Assembly: GCF_000007225.1 (NCBI RefSeq)
Contig: NC_003364.1
Location: 360,001-392,000 of the forward strand
DNA from: Pyrobaculum aerophilum str. IM2
GTDB lineage: Archaea; Thermoproteota; Thermoprotei; Thermoproteales; Thermoproteaceae
Length of the DNA: 32,000 nucleotides
Reading direction: 5' to 3'
The position numbers and the translations under genes were made by a program. Below are positions 26,778-32,000 of this stretch, one piece after another. Each line of letters opens with the position of its first letter. Positions within the stretch are counted from its first letter, which is position 1. The notes beneath the pieces were generated by a model. It saw only the letters and a program-made list of their open reading frames with translations, searched no databases and had not been told where the DNA came from.

Positions 26778-28060
26778 GGCTCTACTCTGTATCTGTCGCG
26801 GGGATAGAGCGTTGCATGTCTTACGTTGTCTAGGCCGAGTAGCGCAGTTACTAGCCTGTTAAATCCCAAGCCAAAGCCGGCGTGGGGCGGCATGCCGTAG
26901 TCAAACACTGACAGATGGCTTTCAAAAAGCCTGGGATCCAGCCCCCTCTTTTTCATCTCCTCTTCGAGCTCATCCCTCTTGTGTATCCTGGTGGCGCCTG
27001 ACGCCACTTCTATGCCGTTTATAATCAAGTCGTATGATTCGCTTTTTTCGCCGTCCTTCCGCTTGGTATAAAACGGCCGTAGCGATGCTGGGAAGTTAAC
27101 TATGAAATACACAGGTCCGTAGTATTTCATAAGCGCCTTTTGCATTTCCACAGTGAAGTCATCTCCCCAGTTAACCGCGTAGCCGAGTTGTCTAAGTCTG
27201 TCCACCGCCTCGTCGTAATCAACTCTGGGAATATTGGACAACTCCATCAGCGCTTTAATACCCACTTCCTCCAGCTTTGGGGCGTACTCTGATACAGTAG
27301 ACGCCAAACGTCTCATAATTTTTTCCAAGATGTCCATTATATCGTTGTAATCCATAAATGCAGCCTCGGCGTCTACTGAAATGAATTCGTTGAGGTGATA
27401 GTCAGTGTTGTGTTTTTCAGCTCTATATGCCGGGCCTATTTCAAAAACCCTCTCCAGCGAGGCTGTGAGCTGCTCCTTGTACAACTGCGGACTTTGGGAA
27501 AGGTAAGCTACTCTTTCGAAGTACATAACTGGGAAAAGCTCCGCCCCGCCCTCCGTGCTAGTAACTATTATCTTCGGCGTGAAAACCTCCACAAACCCCT
27601 CCCCGTAAAGAACTTCTCTAATACTCCGCAACATTGCCGAGGCAACGGTGAAAACAACAAGATTTCTCGGCCTCTTTAAATCCACTGAACGCCACTTCAG
27701 CCTAGTGGCCAAGTCGGGAGTCTCAGACCATATGTCTATTGGAAGCGGCTTGGCCTTGTTTAAAATCCATATCTCGCTGGGGAAAATCTCCACACCACTT
27801 TTGGCAATTTTACTGGCCTCAACAATGCCTTTAATTACCACGACGTCCTCTCTACTCAGTTCTGCGAACACTTTAAACAAATGATCGGGGGTTTTTCCCG
27901 CCTTGAGCGTGACTTGCACAAACCCCTCCCTATCTCTCACCACCACGAACTTCACTCTCCCAATGTCTCTCAACTCCCATACCCAACCGGCAACAACTAC
28001 TTCAGTCCCGTGGAGATTTGGAGTAATTTCCGCGGTCCAGTGGGTCTTTTTAGGATACAC
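26774..28060 (-). CDS. aspS: Aspartyl-tRNA synthetase (archaeal/eukaryotic type, class IIb)
   Basis: N-terminal OB anticodon-binding domain (VVVAGWVWELRDIGRVKFVVVRD), motif 2 (GPAYRAEKHNTDYHLNEF) and motif 3 (GFGLGFNRL). GTG start at 28060 with TATA-like sequence at 28082-28093. Confidence 0.93.
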   Translation of the reverse strand: MYPKKTHWTAEITPNLHGTEVVVAGWVWELRDIGRVKFVVVRDREGFVQVTLKAGKTPDHLFKVFAELSREDVVVIKGIVEASKIAKSGVEIFPSEIWILNKAKPLPIDIWSETPDLATRLKWRSVDLKRPRNLVVFTVASAMLRSIREVLYGEGFVEVFTPKIIVTSTEGGAELFPVMYFERVAYLSQSPQLYKEQLTASLERVFEIGPAYRAEKHNTDYHLNEFISVDAEAAFMDYNDIMDILEKIMRRLASTVSEYAPKLEEVGIKALMELSNIPRVDYDEAVDRLRQLGYAVNWGDDFTVEMQKALMKYYGPVYFIVNFPASLRPFYTKRKDGEKSESYDLIINGIEVASGATRIHKRDELEEEMKKRGLDPRLFESHLSVFDYGMPPHAGFGLGFNRLVTALLGLDNVRHATLYPRDRYRVEP

Positions 28061-28088
28061 GGGACATACAAAAGAGTGTGGTAAAAAT

Positions 28089-28610
28089 TTATGCTCTTAA
28101 TTCCCTCTCCTTAACCAACTCCACTTTCACATTTGCGCCAGAGATTTGGCTTATTATAGCCTGTAATCTCTCGGGCCTAATGGGCAGTCTCCTCAGCTCT
28201 CTTGAGGGGATTTTCACCACAGTCTCCGTAGTGCCGTCGGGTAGCCACGAAGTAGATATTGTGAGCAGTTTGGCTGGCGATACGATTTGCGCAATAACTT
28301 CATTTATGCTTCCGTATTCAACAACTTTCACGCTCCTCCCGAGTGCTGAGGACAGCTCTTTTTCAAACTGGACAAAAGCGCCTCTGGGAATGCGCTTTGT
28401 ATTTCTCATCAGTACAATAACTAAATCGTCAACTTCGTAAGACTTTACATATTCTACCTCCGATAAGTTTATTTTACGCGCCACTTTTAACAACGCGTCT
28501 GAAACTTCTACATCTAGCCACTGGTACCTCCCGCTGTCTAATAACGACTGGCATTTCTGACACAGCACGCGCGTCTTGACGCAGAATTCGCAAAACGGTA
28601 TTTTCACCAT
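28089..28610 (-). CDS. Zn-ribbon plus NusA-like/degenerate-KH putative RNA-binding protein
   Basis: N-terminal CEFC...x11...CQKC ribbon followed by two beta-alpha-alpha-beta-like segments that lack canonical GxxG. It resembles the crenarchaeal NusA-like paralog family. This assignment is from memory and not verified. Confidence 0.5.
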   Translation of the reverse strand: MVKIPFCEFCVKTRVLCQKCQSLLDSGRYQWLDVEVSDALLKVARKINLSEVEYVKSYEVDDLVIVLMRNTKRIPRGAFVQFEKELSSALGRSVKVVEYGSINEVIAQIVSPAKLLTISTSWLPDGTTETVVKIPSRELRRLPIRPERLQAIISQISGANVKVELVKERELRA

Positions 28611-28665
28611 CGGTAGCTATAAATAAGTTCTATAAAAATTCTTTAACTCCCCTCGAAAACAATAC

Positions 28666-30363
28666 GTGAGGCTGGCTATTATTGACGGCTACACTGACGA
28701 GCCGGCGGGCCTCGGAGTGCCTCCGTATCTTGACGTATATGCAAGGTATGTGGCAGGCGCCGCCGAGGCGGCGGGCGCCAACGTAATACACTATTTTACT
28801 ATAGACGGGCTTAGGGAGAATTGGTCTGAGTCTTTACGCAAATTGGCGAAATACGACATTGTTGTGCTGATAGCCGGCGTGACTACGCCTGGGAAATACC
28901 TAGGAGGCACTCCCATTACCCTTGATGAGATTTTAGACATCGGGAGGCTTGAGGGGCCTGTGAAAGTTTTGGGAGGCCCCGTGGCGAAATTTGGATATGG
29001 AATCGAGGGCGGCACTGTGGCAGTTCCGCCTTCAAAATTCCGCCGTTATTACGACATAGTGGCGAGCGGAGATGTGGATCTGGTAGTATATAGAGCTATA
29101 CGCGAGGGAGTAGAGAGGGCAATGCCCTCGGAGACGCACAGGGACTTTTCGCTTATTGACAAATTCGCCGTTCTCGGCGCGAAAATAGTAACGCAACACC
29201 CCAACTACGGGGGCAACCTCATTGTAGAGCTGGAGACTTACCGCTCCTGTCCGAGGTATGTCTCGGGGGGGTGTTCTTTTTGCACAACAGTAGCCTACGG
29301 CCCTGTAATTACGCGGCCTATTGAGGGAGTTGTGGAAGAGATAAAAGCTCTATACGCCGCGGGGGTTGTCCACTTCCGGCTGGGGAGACAAGCTGATTTT
29401 TACGCCTACATGGCCCACGACATAGGGCGGGAGGACTTCCCGAGGCCTAACCCCTCTGCAATAGAAAGACTGCTTCTGGGTATTAGAAATGCGGCACCTG
29501 GACTGAAAACTTTACATATTGACAACGTGAATCCCGGCACTGTTGCCAGATGGCAAGAGGAATCCGTGGCAATAACTAAGCTACTCGTCAAGTACGGGAC
29601 TCCGGGGAACGTGGCGGCTATGGGCGTTGAGAGCGCAGACCCCCGGGTTATTAAACTCAATAACTTAAAAGTAGATGCCGAGGAGGCTTTGAGGGCTGTG
29701 GAGATCTTTACTAAATACGGATCTCTCCGCGGCTATAACGGCATGCCTTATATTCTAGCCGGGATTAACTTCGTGGCGGGGTTGCCGGGGGAAACAAGCG
29801 AGACTTATCGCCTCAATGTCGAATTTTTACAACAGATATTAGATAAAGGGCTTCTCGTCAGGCGGGTTAACATTAGACAAGTATTAGTTTTCCCCACGTC
29901 GCGTCTGTGGCCAAGGGCCAAGAAGCTTACTGCAAAACTGAGAGAGAGGAAGGCGCAGTTCTTACAATTTAAGAAGTGGGTAAGAGAAGTCTTTGACCGC
30001 GAAATGCTTAGGAGAATTGTCCCGCGGGGCACGATTCTAAGAGAGGTTTACACAGAGGCGTATTATCACGGCGGCACTTACGCAAGACAAGTAGGATCGT
30101 ACCCACTCCTCGTGTACGTACCCACTAGGCTGCACCTGGGGAGGTATGTGGATGTCGTCGTCGTCGACCATGGAGCCCGTAGCGTGTTGGCCGTGCCGTA
30201 TCCTGTCAGTGTGAATACGGCGGGTAAGAGGGTGTTAAAACACGTCCCCGGCATTACGCGGGAAAAGCTGACAACAATAATAAAGGAGAGGCCGTTTAAA
30301 TCTCTAGACGAGCTGAGGGAGAAAGTAGGCGACGGCGAGTATCTCAACTACGTTGCTCTTTAA
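28666..30363 (+). CDS. Radical SAM superfamily protein with an N-terminal flavodoxin/B12-binding-like domain and a C-terminal OB/TRAM-like plus helix-hairpin-helix region (COG1031-like), function unknown
   Basis: Cys triad SCPRYVSGGCSFC (29248-29283). N-terminal AIIDGYTDEPAGLGVPPYL...DIVVLIAGVTTPG. C-terminal GRYVDVVVVDHGARSVLAVPYP, then VPGITREKLTTIIKERPFKSLDELREKVG. Confidence 0.75.
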   Translation: MRLAIIDGYTDEPAGLGVPPYLDVYARYVAGAAEAAGANVIHYFTIDGLRENWSESLRKLAKYDIVVLIAGVTTPGKYLGGTPITLDEILDIGRLEGPVKVLGGPVAKFGYGIEGGTVAVPPSKFRRYYDIVASGDVDLVVYRAIREGVERAMPSETHRDFSLIDKFAVLGAKIVTQHPNYGGNLIVELETYRSCPRYVSGGCSFCTTVAYGPVITRPIEGVVEEIKALYAAGVVHFRLGRQADFYAYMAHDIGREDFPRPNPSAIERLLLGIRNAAPGLKTLHIDNVNPGTVARWQEESVAITKLLVKYGTPGNVAAMGVESADPRVIKLNNLKVDAEEALRAVEIFTKYGSLRGYNGMPYILAGINFVAGLPGETSETYRLNVEFLQQILDKGLLVRRVNIRQVLVFPTSRLWPRAKKLTAKLRERKAQFLQFKKWVREVFDREMLRRIVPRGTILREVYTEAYYHGGTYARQVGSYPLLVYVPTRLHLGRYVDVVVVDHGARSVLAVPYPVSVNTAGKRVLKHVPGITREKLTTIIKERPFKSLDELREKVGDGEYLNYVAL

Positions 30364-30559
30364 GTTTATACGCCACATACAGCGTGAAGGCTAGAAAGAC
30401 TGTTGTAATTATGACGTACAGATTTACCTTAGCCTCCCCTATGGAGATATCTGGAGTCCTAAGCCCCAGTGCGGCGAGCAGTAGGAAGTATATGGCTATC
30501 CCCAGGGAAAAGCCGGCGTATGCATATATTGTCTTCACAGGCGGACACAACTTCCGCAA
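30344..30559 (-). CDS. Small membrane protein (71 aa, two predicted TM helices)
   Basis: Two hydrophobic stretches (YAGFSLGIAIYFLLLAALGL and LYVIITTVFLAFTLYVAY). It starts 9 nt downstream of the pth stop on the same strand. Its 3' end overlaps the radical-SAM gene by 20 nt. Confidence 0.45.
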   Translation of the reverse strand: MRKLCPPVKTIYAYAGFSLGIAIYFLLLAALGLRTPDISIGEAKVNLYVIITTVFLAFTLYVAYKLKEQRS

Positions 30560-30567
30560 TTTATACT

Positions 30568-30930
30568 TTACTTATACAGCTTCAGCGAGCCGGTGACTTT
30601 ATCAACTAACTCGTCGGGGGCCGGCCCCACACATATGGCGGTGGGAGTGCCAGGCGGTAATTCAGTCAACCCGGCGTCTATTACTACGGCAGTTGGCAAT
30701 CCGAGGGACTTGGCCCTCTCGTGAAGCTGGTACAAATGAGCGGCGTCGTCAGCCGTGAGCACAATTTTCTTCTGCCCCTCCTCTAGCCACTGGTCAAGCC
30801 ACTTGCGCCACTTCGCATCTCCCATGGCGGCCAGCACGCACTCCACAGCGGCGTGTCCCGCCTGCGCCGCCGCCTTGCCGCACGAGATTTTCAAATCCCC
30901 CCTAATGGCTATAGTCATTTTCACGTCCAT
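30568..30930 (-). CDS. pth: Peptidyl-tRNA hydrolase, archaeal Pth2 type
   Basis: MDVKMTIAIRGDLKISCGKAAAQAGHAAV... matches the Pth2 N-terminus, at ~120 aa. The track ORF's extra 70 N-terminal aa (to 31140) cross the divergent promoter and the protease start. ATG 30918 is an alternative start that fits the TATA box at 30943-30950 better. Confidence 0.88.
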   Translation of the reverse strand: MDVKMTIAIRGDLKISCGKAAAQAGHAAVECVLAAMGDAKWRKWLDQWLEEGQKKIVLTADDAAHLYQLHERAKSLGLPTAVVIDAGLTELPPGTPTAICVGPAPDELVDKVTGSLKLYK

Positions 30931-30940
30931 ATTTACTCTG

Positions 30941-30980
30941 CCTAAATATAAGCTTAAAGCGAAATAATGCTTAAATATAG
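30941..30980. promoter_or_regulatory. Divergent promoter pair (pth / subtilase) sharing TAAATATA boxes
   Basis: CCTAAATATAAGC (30941-30953) faces pth. GCTTAAATATAG (30969-30980) faces the protease. Confidence 0.5.
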
Positions 30981-30997
30981 TTTGAACTTCACAGTTT

Positions 30998-32000
30998 ATG
31001 AACTCGAAATATCTATTCGCAGTTATAATATTCGCCACAATATTTCTATACGCCCAGACGCCGAAGATATCAGGCGCAAACCCCGCAATATTAGACACAG
31101 ACACCCCAGTGTTGGCCAAAATCACGGTGTCTGACATCAACGCCCTCGCTTCGCAGTTTAAAACAACGCCGAAGATACAAAAAGTTAAAGTAATGGGAAA
31201 GGAGACAAGCGTCGTCGCGATTTCAATAAACGGTTTAAATATCCAAGGTAGGCTCGACGGGACGTCTGCCTCCCTTTACTACAAGGGCCCCGCCAAGGCC
31301 TTAAGGGAGATCGCCAAGTCTCCCCACGTCCAGTCCGTTTTCATAAAGGTAATCCCGGAGATCCCGCCCAGAGACTTTTTCGCCGATGCGGCGACTCTTT
31401 TTGAAAAGGGCCCGGGAGCTCCGCAACCAAACCTCCCGGTCATGAGGGAAATAATAGGGGCATCTAGGGTGGAGCAGCTGTTTGGCGTTAACGGCACTGG
31501 CGTGGTTATTGCAATTGTGGATACAGGCGTCGACTACGGCCACCCGGATCTCCAAGACGCCTTGGCTTGGCTAATCAAGACCTCCGACGGCAAGGAAATA
31601 ATAGCCGCGTCTATAGCTACGACAGGCACGTCGTTACAATACAAGACGCTGAAGGGACAGACGGCAACTATACCTCTTAGCCAAATCTCCAGCGTTGAGC
31701 CCCTTGTTCTTGACGCCGACGAGTCACAAGTGCTCATCCTAGAGAGCTTTACTGCATCGGGCGGATATATAGCCACAAGCGGAATGACGTTCGCCGTAAT
31801 AGACGGGCCTACGCTTGAATTCGTAAACGCCACGTGTAATTATAAAGTGGCTGGGCTCGTTAGCAAAAGCGGGGTGTATAAATTCGGGATGACTAGTCTC
31901 TTCATTCCCTGGTACGGCGGTTATGTACAAGTCGGCGTGGTAATGTACGACCCCGACCAGCCTGGCCTCTACACGGCGGCTCGCGTCGACATAAATAATA
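30998..32000 (+). CDS. Secreted subtilisin-like serine protease (pyrolysin/TPPII-like), 3'-truncated by the window edge
   Basis: This ORF is absent from the ORF track because it has no stop in the window. I translated 334 codons from ATG 30998 without a stop. It has a signal peptide (MNSKYLFAVIIFATIFLYAQT), a pro-region, and the catalytic Asp motif VVIAIVDTGVDYGHPDL (Asp at aa 175). TATA-like TTAAATATA (30971-30979) lies 19-27 nt upstream. Confidence 0.85.
   Translation, partial: MNSKYLFAVIIFATIFLYAQTPKISGANPAILDTDTPVLAKITVSDINALASQFKTTPKIQKVKVMGKETSVVAISINGLNIQGRLDGTSASLYYKGPAKALREIAKSPHVQSVFIKVIPEIPPRDFFADAATLFEKGPGAPQPNLPVMREIIGASRVEQLFGVNGTGVVIAIVDTGVDYGHPDLQDALAWLIKTSDGKEIIAASIATTGTSLQYKTLKGQTATIPLSQISSVEPLVLDADESQVLILESFTASGGYIATSGMTFAVIDGPTLEFVNATCNYKVAGLVSKSGVYKFGMTSLFIPWYGGYVQVGVVMYDPDQPGLYTAARVDINN

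Noticed and set aside
30931-31140. A 70-aa N-terminal extension of pth in the track ORF (30568..31140)
   Set aside because: It crosses the divergent promoter and runs antisense to the first 48 codons of the subtilase gene. Pth2 homology begins at MDVKMTIAIRGD.

Overview
This window is core genome from a crenarchaeon of the Thermoproteales, most consistent with Pyrobaculum. Supporting signs are about 50% GC, TATA-like boxes 20-33 nt upstream of start codons with no room for a leader, and many ATGA stop/start overlaps. That identification rests on gene content and architecture only; no search was run.

Coordinates 1-10.4 kb hold a fused transcription/translation super-cluster: rpoB (5'-truncated), rpoA1, rpoA2, L30e, NusA, S12, RpoD, L18e, L13, S9 and RpoN. 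Next come an Sm-like protein coupled to archaeal SAM synthetase, a minus-strand Rio2 kinase plus DUF460-type double RNase-H-fold protein pair, UPF0179, a RibL-type FAD synthase fusion, endonuclease V and a universal stress protein.

Further on are a CUT1-type sugar ABC operon with no ATPase gene, tRNA-Ser(CGA), and a decayed ankyrin-repeat/protein-kinase pseudogene carrying a G14 tract. These are followed by a Zn-ribbon protein with aEF-1beta, Cdc48 with a coupled 73-aa ORF, FEN1, Pcm, AspRS, a Zn-ribbon NusA-like protein, and a large radical-SAM protein with a C-terminal helix-hairpin-helix. The window ends with Pth2 and a subtilase gene that runs off the 3' edge and is missing from the ORF track.

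I found no CRISPR array, transposase, integrase or recognisable defence system, so this is mostly ordinary housekeeping DNA. The most interesting items are conserved archaeal genes of unknown function in informative contexts (Rio2-DUF460, the radical-SAM/HhH protein, the Cdc48-coupled small ORF) and the ANK-kinase pseudogene with its homopolymer tract. Several track ORF starts are over-extended; I corrected them from TATA spacing and ATGA coupling.
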